Part shown: positions 21,301 to 31,557 of the stretch, piece after piece
Layout of the letters: each line of letters starts with the position of its first letter
Numbering within the stretch: position 1 is the stretch's first letter
DNA from: an uncultured Muribaculaceae bacterium
Lineage (GTDB): Bacteria > Bacteroidota > Bacteroidia > Bacteroidales > Muribaculaceae
Length of the DNA: 64,000 nt
Reading direction: 5' to 3'
NCBI GenBank assembly: GCA_910588065.1
Contig: CAJUPZ010000013.1
Location: 8,142 to 72,141, forward strand
Notes under the pieces: model-generated
What the model was told of the DNA's origin: nothing
Databases searched by the model: none
The model's input: the letters and a program-made list of their open reading frames with translations, nothing else
Program-made: the position numbers and the translations under genes

Positions 21301-21945
21301 TCAGCCTTTACGGCCAAAGTCGGCCGGAATCTCGCCCCACTCCTCGGTGCGCCATTTGGTGACATGGTTTTGAGCCACATGGGTGTTCAGCCATGCCTCG
21401 GCTCTTGCCACGAGTTGCCTTATGCGCTCATTGCGGGGTGAGGGGGTGAGGGTTGTCTTGGCGTGTTTGTTTCTGACCCAGCTCATGGCTGTGACGCTGT
21501 CGGAGTAGATTGTCACGCCGCTTTTTCCCTCTTTGTCAAGCAAGGCAAGCGCGTGGACGAGTGCGAGAAATTCGCCGAGATTGTTTGTGCCGGCTTCAAG
21601 CGGCCCGATGTGAAATATCTCGGCACCGGTGCTCAAGTCCACTCCGCGATATTCCACCGGCCCGGGATTTTTGCTGCACGCCGCATCTACGGCAATGCCG
21701 TTGCGGTCAATCTCAGGAAAAGCCTCGTAGTTGACAGAGATGACAGGGCGGTTTGCTATTGCTTTCAGCAGGCTGAGGTCGTCGGCAGCAGTCTCGCCCC
21801 GGTATGCGGCCACTGCCGCCTCGAGGTTAGGATAACTTTTGTATTTGGCGTTGGGAAACCCTTCGACAACAAGTTTGCACTCCTCCCAGGAGTCAAACAC
21901 GCCGGTGTCATGTCCGGCCCATACAACATAATATTTTTTACCCAT
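21301..21945 (-). CDS. rnhA: ribonuclease HI with N-terminal hybrid-binding (viroplasmin-like) domain
   Basis: The true start is the internal ATG 21943-21945: MGKKYYVVWAGHDTGVFDSWEECKLVVEGFPNAKYKSY (HBD), followed by the RNase H core (GIAVDAA...GTNNLGEF...IYSDS). The upstream part of track ORF 21301-22269 overlaps the neighbouring gene. Confidence 0.8.
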   Translation of the reverse strand: MGKKYYVVWAGHDTGVFDSWEECKLVVEGFPNAKYKSYPNLEAAVAAYRGETAADDLSLLKAIANRPVISVNYEAFPEIDRNGIAVDAACSKNPGPVEYRGVDLSTGAEIFHIGPLEAGTNNLGEFLALVHALALLDKEGKSGVTIYSDSVTAMSWVRNKHAKTTLTPSPRNERIRQLVARAEAWLNTHVAQNHVTKWRTEEWGEIPADFGRKG

Positions 21946-23132
21946 TACGATAGCGATAGAAAAAGGTTTATGTCGCGGCTGCGTGTGCCTGCGATTGCCG
22001 CGATGTGGGGGTTGACGGTCTTGCCCATGAAGGTCAAGGCTGCTTTCTGCATTCCGGGCAGGAGTTTCAGGGCGTTTATCACTCCGTCGCAGGATGTTAT
22101 GTCGTTGAAGAGAGTGAGAAAAGTGTTGCTGAGAGCCATTGCCGCTGTTCTTGGCACAGCGCACCCGGCATTGACGTAGCAGCAGCGGCCACCGGCGGTT
22201 TTCGCCGCATCTGTCGCAGATGCTTCCGCAAGGTCTATTGTGGGCAGAGAGGGGAATGCCTTGCCGCAATTGTCGGTGAGGTCGAAAATAATCACCCCTT
22301 TTTTCATGTCGGCCACATCTTCGGTGTCAAACACCGGTTGGTCTGTCATCTGTGTGACAACTATGATGTCGGCTGAGCGGAGAGCACTTTTCAGCACCCT
22401 GGGGTGCATGGCCGAGCCTATAGCCCAATGGCCGAGGTCGCGGGTGGATTCTCTCAGCCGGTAAATATCGTTGTCAAAAATCTTGACGGAGGCTCCTGCT
22501 CCGGCGGCGGCGCGGGCAGCCGCGCAAGCGCATATACCGCTGCCTATGACGGTTGTTTCGCAGGGCACCACTCCGGCAACTCCACCGAGGAGTATCCCCT
22601 TGCCGTGAACAGCGTCGGCAAGCAGAGCCGATGCTATGGCGATTGCGGCGCGGCCGTCTATTTCAGAGAGTATGTCGGAGAAAGGGGTGTTGCCGTAATG
22701 GTCCTCTATAAGGTCGAGTGCTATTGACATTATGTTTCTTTCCAGCAGCGCCGCCACATCCTCCTTTGTGCGGTGGCAGCGGTCGAGCAGCGACAGCAGC
22801 ATGGCTCCGCGGCGCATTCTGCGTATATCATCGGCAGGCAGCTGGGCGAGATGAATCACAATGTCGCATTCCAGCGCCTCCTGCCTGGTGCCCACCTTAA
22901 CTCCTGCGCGCATATAGGCATTGTCGGAATAGTGGATCGGCGCGCCGGCACCCTCCTCCATTTTAAGTATAAGTCCCTTTTCAACCAGCAGTGATGCACC
23001 TTCGGGGGTGAGTGGAAAGCGGCGTTCGCCGGCGCGGCTGCTTGCCGGCAGGCCGATTGAGATGTGGCGCCGTGACTGGGCTGTAGCCACCGGCTGCGGA
23101 TTTGCTACGGGGGTGAAATCAGTTGCTTTCAT
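21945..23132 (-). CDS. alanine dehydrogenase/PNT-family NAD-binding protein
   Basis: ERRFPLTPEGASLLVEKG N-terminal domain and a VIGSGICACAAARAAAGAGASV dinucleotide fold. TAATG 1-nt overlap with rnhA. Confidence 0.65.
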   Translation of the reverse strand: MKATDFTPVANPQPVATAQSRRHISIGLPASSRAGERRFPLTPEGASLLVEKGLILKMEEGAGAPIHYSDNAYMRAGVKVGTRQEALECDIVIHLAQLPADDIRRMRRGAMLLSLLDRCHRTKEDVAALLERNIMSIALDLIEDHYGNTPFSDILSEIDGRAAIAIASALLADAVHGKGILLGGVAGVVPCETTVIGSGICACAAARAAAGAGASVKIFDNDIYRLRESTRDLGHWAIGSAMHPRVLKSALRSADIIVVTQMTDQPVFDTEDVADMKKGVIIFDLTDNCGKAFPSLPTIDLAEASATDAAKTAGGRCCYVNAGCAVPRTAAMALSNTFLTLFNDITSCDGVINALKLLPGMQKAALTFMGKTVNPHIAAIAGTRSRDINLFLSLS

Positions 23133-23664
23133 TCAGCGGCAGGTTAAAGAGTGATATGAAGCGCCGCGCGGTGTCGCTGACTTCAGATTCGTTTTCGAGC
23201 AGGTCGCCCTTGAACGAAGCCTTGGCCTTGGAGTAGAAAGGCATTCTGGATTCGAGGGCGCTGACAATGAAGCTTTTCAGCTCCTCATCGCTTTTGCCGG
23301 CTATCAGGGGGCGTTTGTGGCGCCCGCGCATCAGCCGGGTGTGCAGTTTTGGCAGGGAAGTATCCAGAAACACGGTGAGGCCCTTTGAGTTCATGTAGTC
23401 CATGTTGTCATGAAAGCAAGGTGTTCCGCCACCGCAGGCAATGATTGTGTTTTCAAACTCGGCGGCTTCATGAAGCATTCTCCGCTCTATGTCACGGAAT
23501 CCCTCCTCGCCGTGGGCGTCGAAGAGCTCGCGGACGCTTTTGTGGAAGCGCCCCTCGATATAGTTGTCAAGGTCAATGAAGCTGAGCCCGGAGAACCTCG
23601 CGACATTTCTGCCGAGGGTGGATTTGCCGCAGCCCATGTAGCCTAATAAAAAAATTGGTTGCAT
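23119..23664 (-). CDS. aroK: shikimate kinase
   Basis: MQPIFLLGYMGCGKSTLG P-loop and ACGGGTP motif. The start is the internal ATG 19 nt after a -7 box. Confidence 0.9.
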   Translation of the reverse strand: MQPIFLLGYMGCGKSTLGRNVARFSGLSFIDLDNYIEGRFHKSVRELFDAHGEEGFRDIERRMLHEAAEFENTIIACGGGTPCFHDNMDYMNSKGLTVFLDTSLPKLHTRLMRGRHKRPLIAGKSDEELKSFIVSALESRMPFYSKAKASFKGDLLENESEVSDTARRFISLFNLPLNESN

Positions 23665-23683
23665 AATCTGAATATTCTTGCCA

Positions 23684-23691
23684 CAAAGATA
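23684..23691 (-). promoter_or_regulatory. -7 promoter box for aroK
   Basis: Minus strand TATCTTTG, 19 nt before ATG 23664. Confidence 0.6.
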
Positions 23692-23713
23692 ATGATTTTC
23701 TGCTGCTTTTGCG

Positions 23714-23721
23714 TACATTTG
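23714..23721 (+). promoter_or_regulatory. -7 promoter box for the DUF2851 gene
   Basis: TACATTTG, 32 nt before ATG 23754. Confidence 0.55.
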
Positions 23722-23753
23722 CCATCTGTCAGACTAACATTGGCAGGTAACAC

Positions 23754-25037
23754 ATGGAAAAACTCATGCAATATGTGTGGCAGCAGCGTCTTTGGCCTGT
23801 GGGTGAGATGCGCACCGTTGACGGCAAGAGGGTGGAGGTCATAGACCCCGGCCTTCTCAACACCGATGCCGGCCCCGACTTTTTCAACGCCAAGGTTGCC
23901 ATTGCCGGCGAAACATGGGTTGGTAATGTGGAGATCCACTACCGCGCGAGCGACTGGGCGCGTCATCATCATGATGATGACCGGGCATATGATTCAGTGA
24001 TACTGCATGTTGTGGATAAGGATGATGCTGTGGTGCGCCGCCCGGACGGCCAGGTGGTGCCGCAGATGCGGATGCCTTGCGACCCAGGTCTCAATTCGCG
24101 CTACAGCGAGCTTGTAGGGCGCGCTGACATTGATCTGCCCTGCGCGCGCGAAATAGCCGCGCTGCCGCCGGTTTACACCACCGACTGGATTTCGAGCCTC
24201 GCCTACGAGCGTATCTACGAAAAGGCCGACAGGGTGGAGGCTATACGCTCGCGGCTTTCGGGCGACTGGGAGCAGACCTGCTATGTTACTGTTGCGCGGG
24301 GACTCGGATTCGGCATCAACAGCGAGCCTTTCGAGCGGCTCGCGCTGAGCCTGCCCCTTATGTTCATAGGCAAGCACAGCGACAACCTCACATCCATAGA
24401 GGCTCTTCTGTTCGGACAGAGCGGATTGCTTGACGCGCGCCCGGGTGACGAATATGCAGCGAGGTTGAAAAAGGAGTATGATTTCTTTGCTGTGAAATTC
24501 GGTCTTCGCCGTCCTGAGAGCCTTGGCTGGAAAATGGCGCGGATGCGGCCGGCCAATTTTCCTCACCGCCGCATTGCAGTGCTCGCGGCGATGCTGCACG
24601 GTGGATTCCGCATGATGAGCCGCATTGTCGATGTTCAGGATATTGACACAGCCTGCGCGCTGTTCACTCCCGATCTCAGCCCTTACTGGCAGGGCAGGTG
24701 CTCATTCGGTGCTCCGGGTGGCAGGATGTCGTGCTCGCTCAGCCGCAGCTCGGCGCTTGTGATGGTGATAAATGTAGTGGTGCCGCTGATGATGGCCTAC
24801 GGCATAAGCCACGGCGATTCATCGCTGACAGACAGGGCAGTGGAGCTTCTACATGAAATAAAAGCCGAGAAAAACTCTATTGTGGAGCTATTCGAGCGCG
24901 CCGGGCTGAAAGTGAATGATGCCTTCAGCTCGCAGGGAGTCATTCAGCTGCGGCGCAATTATTGCGAGAAACGCAAATGCCTTTTCTGCCGCATAGGCCA
25001 CCGCAAGCTGTCGTATTGCGCCAGACGCAGGGAGTGA
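23754..25037 (+). CDS. DUF2851 family protein
   Basis: MEKLMQYVWQQRLW...IDPGLLNTDAGPDFFNAKV...GNVEIH N-terminus typical of DUF2851, with a C-terminal CxxC. Confidence 0.75.
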   Translation: MEKLMQYVWQQRLWPVGEMRTVDGKRVEVIDPGLLNTDAGPDFFNAKVAIAGETWVGNVEIHYRASDWARHHHDDDRAYDSVILHVVDKDDAVVRRPDGQVVPQMRMPCDPGLNSRYSELVGRADIDLPCAREIAALPPVYTTDWISSLAYERIYEKADRVEAIRSRLSGDWEQTCYVTVARGLGFGINSEPFERLALSLPLMFIGKHSDNLTSIEALLFGQSGLLDARPGDEYAARLKKEYDFFAVKFGLRRPESLGWKMARMRPANFPHRRIAVLAAMLHGGFRMMSRIVDVQDIDTACALFTPDLSPYWQGRCSFGAPGGRMSCSLSRSSALVMVINVVVPLMMAYGISHGDSSLTDRAVELLHEIKAEKNSIVELFERAGLKVNDAFSSQGVIQLRRNYCEKRKCLFCRIGHRKLSYCARRRE

Positions 25038-25039
25038 TT

Positions 25040-25723
25040 CTACAGGTTTTTGAAATTGTAGCCCACGCTGATGAGCGCCACCCGCTGGCGCTTTGCACCG
25101 TAGTCGCTCTGGGTAATCTTGCACATTTTCCATACAAAAGCTGCTCCTACATACACCTGGCCGAAGGTGAAGCCGATGCCGCTGCGCAGATTCAGGTCCA
25201 CTCCGTAGTCGCCATACAGCGGGCGGGCGGTGGTGCTGTTGAAGATTTTTGTAGGATGGTCGGGCTTGAAGGATGTGTTGAGTCGGAAATCAAACTCCGG
25301 GCCGGTGAATATCGATGCTCTGAAGCCGGTGAATCCGCAGCTCCAGCCAAGGGCTATAGGCACACGGAAGCCCACATTGTTCATTGTGGCTGATGTTATA
25401 TTCTCGGCAATCACCTCATCGGAGAGCACACCTGCTGTCTTCAGGCCGCTGTAGTATGCCTCTATCTGCGGCTCGGCGTAGAATCCGTATTTAATAGGTG
25501 CGTGAAACAGTCCCTGCACGGCGATGTCATAGCCGTTTGCCTTGCTTGACACCGGGGTGCGGGCATATCTCACATGCAGCGGAAAAGCATATCCGCCGTT
25601 GAGGCGCACACCGAAGTAAGGCCTGTCGCCACTCTTGTACATATCATACAGCCAATGGGCATCGGCCGCGGATGCAGCCGCCACAAGTGTCAATATCGCG
25701 ATAAGGAGTCTTCTCACACTCAT
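25040..25723 (-). CDS. outer-membrane beta-barrel protein
   Basis: Signal peptide, alternating-hydrophobicity strands, and an aromatic-rich C-terminus (GYNFKNL). Confidence 0.6.
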   Translation of the reverse strand: MSVRRLLIAILTLVAAASAADAHWLYDMYKSGDRPYFGVRLNGGYAFPLHVRYARTPVSSKANGYDIAVQGLFHAPIKYGFYAEPQIEAYYSGLKTAGVLSDEVIAENITSATMNNVGFRVPIALGWSCGFTGFRASIFTGPEFDFRLNTSFKPDHPTKIFNSTTARPLYGDYGVDLNLRSGIGFTFGQVYVGAAFVWKMCKITQSDYGAKRQRVALISVGYNFKNL

Positions 25724-25751
25724 ATAAATTGGTTCCTGCTTGTTAATGTGG

Positions 25752-25759
25752 CAAAGTTA
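25752..25759 (-). promoter_or_regulatory. -7 promoter box for the OM beta-barrel gene
   Basis: Minus strand TAACTTTG, 28 nt before ATG 25723. Confidence 0.55.
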
Positions 25760-25823
25760 CGTTTTTTTTCAATAATTAAGAGCCTCACAAGCTTATTTTT
25801 ACAGCCGATAGCGGAAAATGTTG

Positions 25824-25831
25824 TATTTTTG
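25824..25831 (+). promoter_or_regulatory. -7 promoter box for argS
   Basis: TATTTTTG, 29 nt before ATG 25861. Confidence 0.55.
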
Positions 25832-25860
25832 CATTTCAAAACCAAGAAAATACCCGAAGT

Positions 25861-27648
25861 ATGTCCATCGACAACATTATTGCAAAGGCTGTGGCCGATG
25901 CTGTCAAAGAGCTCTACGGAGTTGACACCGACCCTGCCGGAATCACACCGCAGACAACCAAAAAGGAGTTTGAAGGCAACCTTACCGTCATGGTGTTTCC
26001 ATGGGTTAAGGCTGCCGGCAAGGCGCCCGAGGCTGTGGGCAAGGAGATTGGCGACTGGCTTGTTGCCAACGAACCTGCCGTGGCTGCCTACAATGTAATC
26101 AAAGGTTTTCTGAACATCACTATAGAGCCGGCTTTCTGGAGTTCGGTGCTCGCCCACATTGCCGGCGAATCAAATTATGGAGTCACCGCCCCGGCCGAGG
26201 ATTCTCCGCTGGTGATGGTGGAATACTCCTCGCCAAACACCAACAAGCCGCTCCACCTCGGCCATGTGCGCAACATTCTGCTGGGCAACAGCCTGTGCCG
26301 TATTCTCGCCGCGTGCGGAAACAAAGTGGTGCGCACAAATATAGTCAACGACCGCGGCATACATATATGCAAGTCCATGCTCGCATGGAAAAAGTGGGGC
26401 GACGGCGCCACACCCGAATCCGCCGGCAAGAAAGGCGACCACCTCATAGGCGATTTCTATGTGCTTTTCGACAAGCATTTCAAAGCCGAGGTGAAGGAGC
26501 TGGAGGCCAAGGGCATGAGCAAGGAGGAGGCTGAGGCCGCATCCCCGCTGCTGCAGGAGGCCCGCGCGATGCTCCGCGCATGGGAGGCCGGCGATGAGGA
26601 GGTGCGCAAGCTGTGGGCCACCATGAACTCATGGGTATATGCCGGATTTGACGAAACATACCGCCGCATGGGGGTTGGCTTCGACAAGATATATTATGAG
26701 AGCGACACCTACCTCGAAGGCAAGGCAAAGGTGCTCGAAGGACTTGAAAAGGGCATGATGTACCGCAAGGAGGATGGCTCCGTGTGGGCTGACCTCACTG
26801 CCGACGGTCTCGACCACAAGCTGCTGCTCAGGTCTGACGGCACCTCCGTGTACATGACCCAGGACATAGGCACAGCCAAGCTGCGCTATCAGGACTATCC
26901 CATTGACAAGATGATATATGTGGTAGGCAACGAGCAAAACTATCACTTCCAGGTGCTCTCTCTGCTCCTTGACCGCCTCGGATTCAAATGGGGCAAGGAC
27001 CTGGTGCACTTCTCCTACGGCATGGTTGAGCTGCCCGAGGGCAAGATGAAGAGCCGCGAAGGCACGGTTGTTGATGCCGACGACCTCATTGACGAAATGG
27101 TCAGCACCGCCCGCACTGTGAGCGAGGAGCTCGGCAAGCTCGACGGCTGCACCCCTGAGGAAATAAACGAAATTACAGAGACTGTTGGTCTCGGAGCACT
27201 CAAATACTTCCTGCTCAAAGTCGATCCCAGAAAGAACATGACCTTCAACCCCAAGGAGTCCATTGACTTCAACGGCAATACCGGCCCCTTCATCCAGTAC
27301 ACCTACGCCCGTATCCGCTCGGTGCTCCGCAAGGCTGCCGAGGCAGGCATGGCTGAAACCGGATTCATCGGCGCCAAGCCCGGCGAGCGCGAGATTACTC
27401 TCATTCAGCGCCTCGCCGACTTCCCCGCCATAGTGCAGGAGGCCGGCCGCTCCTACAGCCCCGCCCTGATTGCAAATTATTCTTATGATTTGGTAAAAGA
27501 ATACAATCAGTTCTATCACGATTGTTCTATACTCAAGGAGGAGGATGAACGCACCCGCTCGATGCGCCTCGCCCTCTCCAAGGTCACAGCCGATACCGTG
27601 CGTACCGCAATGGGGCTGCTCGGCATCAATGTGCCCGAAAGAATGTAA
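25861..27648 (+). CDS. argS: arginine--tRNA ligase
   Basis: 595 aa with SSPNTNKPLHLGHVRN (HIGH) and a typical C-terminal anticodon-binding domain ending in M. Confidence 0.97.
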   Translation: MSIDNIIAKAVADAVKELYGVDTDPAGITPQTTKKEFEGNLTVMVFPWVKAAGKAPEAVGKEIGDWLVANEPAVAAYNVIKGFLNITIEPAFWSSVLAHIAGESNYGVTAPAEDSPLVMVEYSSPNTNKPLHLGHVRNILLGNSLCRILAACGNKVVRTNIVNDRGIHICKSMLAWKKWGDGATPESAGKKGDHLIGDFYVLFDKHFKAEVKELEAKGMSKEEAEAASPLLQEARAMLRAWEAGDEEVRKLWATMNSWVYAGFDETYRRMGVGFDKIYYESDTYLEGKAKVLEGLEKGMMYRKEDGSVWADLTADGLDHKLLLRSDGTSVYMTQDIGTAKLRYQDYPIDKMIYVVGNEQNYHFQVLSLLLDRLGFKWGKDLVHFSYGMVELPEGKMKSREGTVVDADDLIDEMVSTARTVSEELGKLDGCTPEEINEITETVGLGALKYFLLKVDPRKNMTFNPKESIDFNGNTGPFIQYTYARIRSVLRKAAEAGMAETGFIGAKPGEREITLIQRLADFPAIVQEAGRSYSPALIANYSYDLVKEYNQFYHDCSILKEEDERTRSMRLALSKVTADTVRTAMGLLGINVPERM

Positions 27649-27669
27649 TAACTTTTTATTCTCTCAATT

Positions 27670-28374
27670 ATGAACGAATATCAAAACCCTTACTATCAGC
27701 ACGAAGCATCGCTTGACTCAAAGGTGAGCCAGGTGATGAAAAAAGTGTATGTCAAGATGTTCCTCGGACTTCTTGTCACAGCTTTTGTGTCCTATTTCTG
27801 CGCCGCCTCGCCTGCCGTGCTCACTTTCTTCAGCCAGCACAGCTCCCTGATGTGGGTGATTCTGCTCGTTGAGCTCGGCCTTGTGTTTGCAATCACAGGT
27901 GCAGTAAACCGCATGAGCTCTGCCTCGGCAACCCTTCTTTTCTACCTTTTCGCTGTGGTGAACGGCCTCGCTCTGTTCCCCATCTTCATTGTCTACACAG
28001 GGGTGTCAATCGGCAAAACCTTCTTCATCACCGCCGGAACATTCGGCGCTATGAGCATCTACGGCTACCTCACATCGCAGGACCTCACCAAATGGGGCTC
28101 GATGCTGTTCATGGCTCTCATAGGCCTTATTATATGCTCCGTAGTGAACATTTTCTGGGCAAACGGCACCTTTGAATGGATTATCTCCGGCCTCGGTGTG
28201 CTCATATTCGTAGGTCTTACCGCATGGGATACCCAGAACATCAAGAAAATGGCTGCGATGGCTCCCGCAGAGTCAGTCGGCAAGCTTGCCACCCTCGGCG
28301 CGCTCAGCCTTTATCTTGACTTCATAAACCTCTTCCTCTACCTGCTGCGCTTCTTCGGCAACAGCCGCGACTGA
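27670..28374 (+). CDS. Bax inhibitor-1/YccA family membrane protein
   Basis: 234 aa, 7 predicted TM segments, and a charged C-terminus typical of BI-1. Confidence 0.85.
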   Translation: MNEYQNPYYQHEASLDSKVSQVMKKVYVKMFLGLLVTAFVSYFCAASPAVLTFFSQHSSLMWVILLVELGLVFAITGAVNRMSSASATLLFYLFAVVNGLALFPIFIVYTGVSIGKTFFITAGTFGAMSIYGYLTSQDLTKWGSMLFMALIGLIICSVVNIFWANGTFEWIISGLGVLIFVGLTAWDTQNIKKMAAMAPAESVGKLATLGALSLYLDFINLFLYLLRFFGNSRD

Positions 28375-28400
28375 TGCCAATCCGGCGACAACTTTATACT

Positions 28401-28438
28401 GAGCGGACGCAAAAAACACGCGTCCGCTCTTATTTTTT
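28401..28438 (+). terminator. intrinsic terminator after the BI-1 family gene
   Basis: GAGCGGACGC-aaaaaaca-GCGTCCGCTC, then TTATTTTTT. Confidence 0.75.
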
Positions 28439-28460
28439 CGCTAATCTTGAGATTATTTAC

Positions 28461-28468
28461 TACTTTTG
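28461..28468 (+). promoter_or_regulatory. -7 promoter box for the polyprenyl synthase gene
   Basis: TACTTTTG, 17 nt before ATG 28486. Confidence 0.55.
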
Positions 28469-28485
28469 CAAATCTTTTACAGCGA

Positions 28486-29460
28486 ATGACAGATTTAAAA
28501 GCCATCCAGCAACTGATAGCCCCGGAGCTTGACGAGCTGCGCCGCCGGATAAGCGGTGCGCTGCACTCGTCCAATCCGCTCATGGGGTCTGTTGTCGAGG
28601 GGTATCTAAAGACTAAAGGCAAGCTGATTCGTCCCATTCTGGTGATTCTAACCGCCAAGCTGCTCGGCGAAGTGTCCCCAAAGGTTATTTCGGCTGCGGC
28701 TGCTGTCGAGATGCTCCACAACGCATCCCTGATTCACGATGATGTGGTTGACGACTCCAATTTGCGCCGCGGCAAGCCTACAATCAACAGCGTGTGGGAC
28801 AATCATATTGCGGTGCTTGTGGGCGACTTTTTTGTGTCCAGCGCCCTGCAGCAGGCAATATCCACCGGCGATATCCGCATTGTCGGCTCGCTGTCAAGCC
28901 TCGGCAAGCTGCTGTCGCTCGGAGAGATAGACCAGATTTACAACGCCCGAAACCACCGGCTTGACGAAAAAGCTTATTTCATGGTAATCAGCCGAAAGAC
29001 AGCCTCGCTCTTTGTCTCATGTGTGGAGATGGGCGGATTTGCCGTGGATGCCCCCGAAAGCAAGATAGCTCCCATGCGCCGATTTGCCGAACTGCTCGGC
29101 CTCTGCTTCCAGATAAAGGACGATATCTTCGACTATTTCTCGGACGACAGAATAGGCAAGCCCACAGGCAACGACCTGCGCGAAGGCAAGGTCACGCTCC
29201 CGCTGCTTTACGCTCTGTCGCGCAAAGAGCTGCCTCAGTGCTCCGCAATGCTCGAGCTCACAGCCAAAGAGCAGCTTACAACTGATGAGATAAACACTCT
29301 CATAGAGTATGCCAAGGAGGCGGGCGGCATTGACTACGCTTACTCCACCATGGCGCGTCTCGCCGCCGAGGCGATGGAAATACTTGACACATTCCCCGCA
29401 GGCGACAACAGGCAGGCACTCGCAGATATACTGTCTTTCATCATCCACCGCAGCATCTGA
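28486..29460 (+). CDS. polyprenyl diphosphate synthase (octaprenyl-type)
   Basis: Two Asp-rich motifs, LIHDDVVDD and FQIKDDIFD. The start is the internal ATG 17 nt after a -7 box. Confidence 0.85.
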   Translation: MTDLKAIQQLIAPELDELRRRISGALHSSNPLMGSVVEGYLKTKGKLIRPILVILTAKLLGEVSPKVISAAAAVEMLHNASLIHDDVVDDSNLRRGKPTINSVWDNHIAVLVGDFFVSSALQQAISTGDIRIVGSLSSLGKLLSLGEIDQIYNARNHRLDEKAYFMVISRKTASLFVSCVEMGGFAVDAPESKIAPMRRFAELLGLCFQIKDDIFDYFSDDRIGKPTGNDLREGKVTLPLLYALSRKELPQCSAMLELTAKEQLTTDEINTLIEYAKEAGGIDYAYSTMARLAAEAMEILDTFPAGDNRQALADILSFIIHRSI

Positions 29461-29535
29461 CACCCTTTCACAACCCTGCTGACACTTTTTTTAACAAAAA
29501 ATCTGTGCTGACAGCATAATTACCGAAATTTGTTT

Positions 29536-29543
29536 TATCTTTG
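29536..29543 (+). promoter_or_regulatory. -7 promoter box for the Na/Pi cotransporter gene
   Basis: TATCTTTG, 55 nt before ATG 29599. Confidence 0.5.
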
Positions 29544-29598
29544 TGAGCGAATCGGATCTGCTCTCCACACATCCGTATAACCCACTGTTGATTAACAA

Positions 29599-31419
29599 AT
29601 GAGTTACAGTTTCTTAGACTTTCTTGGTCTACTCGGTGCCGTAGGACTTTTCCTGTACGGCATGAAAGTGATGAGCGAAGGACTGCAGAAAGCCGCCGGC
29701 GACCGGCTGCGAAATATTCTGTCAGCCATGACACGCAACCGCTTTACCGGCACCCTCACCGGTTTCCTTATCACAGCACTTATCCAAAGCTCCTCGGCAA
29801 GCACCGTAATGGTGGTGAGCTTTGTTAACGCCGGCCTGATGTCTCTCGCACAGTCAATGGCTGTGATAATGGGTGCGAATGTCGGCACAACATTCACCGC
29901 ATGGGTGATTTCTCTATTCGGATTCAAAGTCAATATATCGGCGTTTGTGCTGCCGCTCATCGGCTTGGCAATACCGCTGCTGTTCACCAAAAAGAGCCGC
30001 AACAAGAGCATCGGCGAGTTTCTGATAGGCTTCGCGTTCCTGTTTATGGGACTCGATATGATTAGCCGCTATGTACCTGATTTGCAGAGCAATCCCGAGA
30101 TGTTCGCTTTCCTGCAGCGCTATGCCTCGATGGGCTATATATCGGTGCTGATATTCCTCGGAGTGGGCATACTGCTCACAATGGTGATACAATCTTCGGC
30201 GGCTACATTCGCCATCACCCTTATAATGTGCAGCAAGGGGTGGATTAATTTCGACCTCGCATGCGCCATTGTGCTCGGCAGCAACATAGGCACCACAATC
30301 ACTCCTATCCTCGCTTCAATGAGCGGAAACGTGGCGGCGAAACGCACCGCTATGGGTCACCTGCTGTTCAACCTCCTCGGCACAATCTGGGTGCTGTGCC
30401 TGTATTTCCCGTTTGTCCATCTTAACGTATGGCTCACAGAGGCTCTGGGGCAGGGCAATCCCGAAGCTCTTGCCGGATATGTGAAACACATCGAGGCCAC
30501 TCAGCCCGATATCTACAACCATCTCTTTGACAATTCCCTGCCCGAGGGGCATGATGTCGTTGCCAAGGTGGCAACGCTGCAGCAGAGTGTCTCGATAGGC
30601 CTTTCCATATTCCACACGGTGTTCAACCTCATAAACCTCTCTATCATGATATGGTTTACCGGGCTGTATGTAAAGATTGTGGAGAAACTTGTGCCCGCAA
30701 AGCACAAGGAGGACGAGGAATTCCAGCTCAAATTTATATCCGGCGGTCTGCTAAACGCTTCCGAGCTCAATATTGCTCAGGCTGAGAAGGAGATTGCTGT
30801 ATATGCCGAGCGGGTGCAGCGCATGATCGGCATGGCACAGCAGCTTGTCCATGGCAAGGATGACTCCGAGGAGTTCTCAAACCTCTTCTCGCGCCTTGAG
30901 AAATATGAGGATATATCCGACCGTATGGAGATTGAGATAGCCCACTACCTCAACCGCTGCTCGGAGGGCAGGCTCTCCAATGAAGGCAAACTCAAGATTG
31001 CCGGTATGCTCCGCATGGTCAGCGAAATCGAAAGTATCGCCGACTGCTGCGTTGGAGCCGGTAAGATTCTTATCCGCAAGCAGCAGAGCCATGTCAATTT
31101 CAATGATGAGATATACGCCAACATCGATGTGATGTTCGGCTATGTGGAGAGCGCCATGACTAATATGGTGGCTCTGCTCAACAACATCGAGCACGCCCGC
31201 GAGCAGGAGATTATCGTGAGCTACAACAAGGAGCGTGAAATCAACAATTTCCGCAACCAGCTGCGCACCGCGAACATCGAGAATATCAACTCAAAGCACT
31301 ACGAATACCAGGCCGGCATATATTACATGGACCTCATATCGGACCTCGAGAAGATGGGCGACTATATAATAAATGTTGTTGATGCTGTGCGCGAGCAAGT
31401 GCGTTCACTCGCAGCCTGA
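29599..31419 (+). CDS. Na/Pi cotransporter family protein with C-terminal PhoU-like domain
   Basis: LGAVGLFLYGMKVMSEGLQ...TALIQSSSAST, repeated in the second half (IQSSAATFAI), and a helical PhoU-like tail. Confidence 0.85.
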   Translation: MSYSFLDFLGLLGAVGLFLYGMKVMSEGLQKAAGDRLRNILSAMTRNRFTGTLTGFLITALIQSSSASTVMVVSFVNAGLMSLAQSMAVIMGANVGTTFTAWVISLFGFKVNISAFVLPLIGLAIPLLFTKKSRNKSIGEFLIGFAFLFMGLDMISRYVPDLQSNPEMFAFLQRYASMGYISVLIFLGVGILLTMVIQSSAATFAITLIMCSKGWINFDLACAIVLGSNIGTTITPILASMSGNVAAKRTAMGHLLFNLLGTIWVLCLYFPFVHLNVWLTEALGQGNPEALAGYVKHIEATQPDIYNHLFDNSLPEGHDVVAKVATLQQSVSIGLSIFHTVFNLINLSIMIWFTGLYVKIVEKLVPAKHKEDEEFQLKFISGGLLNASELNIAQAEKEIAVYAERVQRMIGMAQQLVHGKDDSEEFSNLFSRLEKYEDISDRMEIEIAHYLNRCSEGRLSNEGKLKIAGMLRMVSEIESIADCCVGAGKILIRKQQSHVNFNDEIYANIDVMFGYVESAMTNMVALLNNIEHAREQEIIVSYNKEREINNFRNQLRTANIENINSKHYEYQAGIYYMDLISDLEKMGDYIINVVDAVREQVRSLAA

Positions 31420-31496
31420 TATTGGTGAAGGGTTAATTTTTAGTCACAAATCAGCGACAATTGTGTTACCGGATAGTAAACATTCGGGTTGTTTCT

Positions 31497-31504
31497 TATC
31501 TTTG
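31497..31504 (+). promoter_or_regulatory. -7 promoter box for the response regulator gene
   Basis: TATCTTTG, 53 nt before ATG 31558. Confidence 0.5.
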
Positions 31505-31557
31505 TGTCTGAAATAAACCACGTTACCATTCACCGCACTATCGATTGATATGTCCTT

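Noticed and set aside
21946-22269. N-terminal 108-aa extension of the RNase HI ORF (track ORF 21301-22269)
   Set aside because: The extension overlaps the 3' part of the alanine-dehydrogenase-family gene and is Arg-rich. The RNase HI hybrid-binding domain begins exactly at the internal ATG 21945.
26629-27519. 296-aa minus-strand ORF
   Set aside because: It is antisense to argS and has no recognisable family features.
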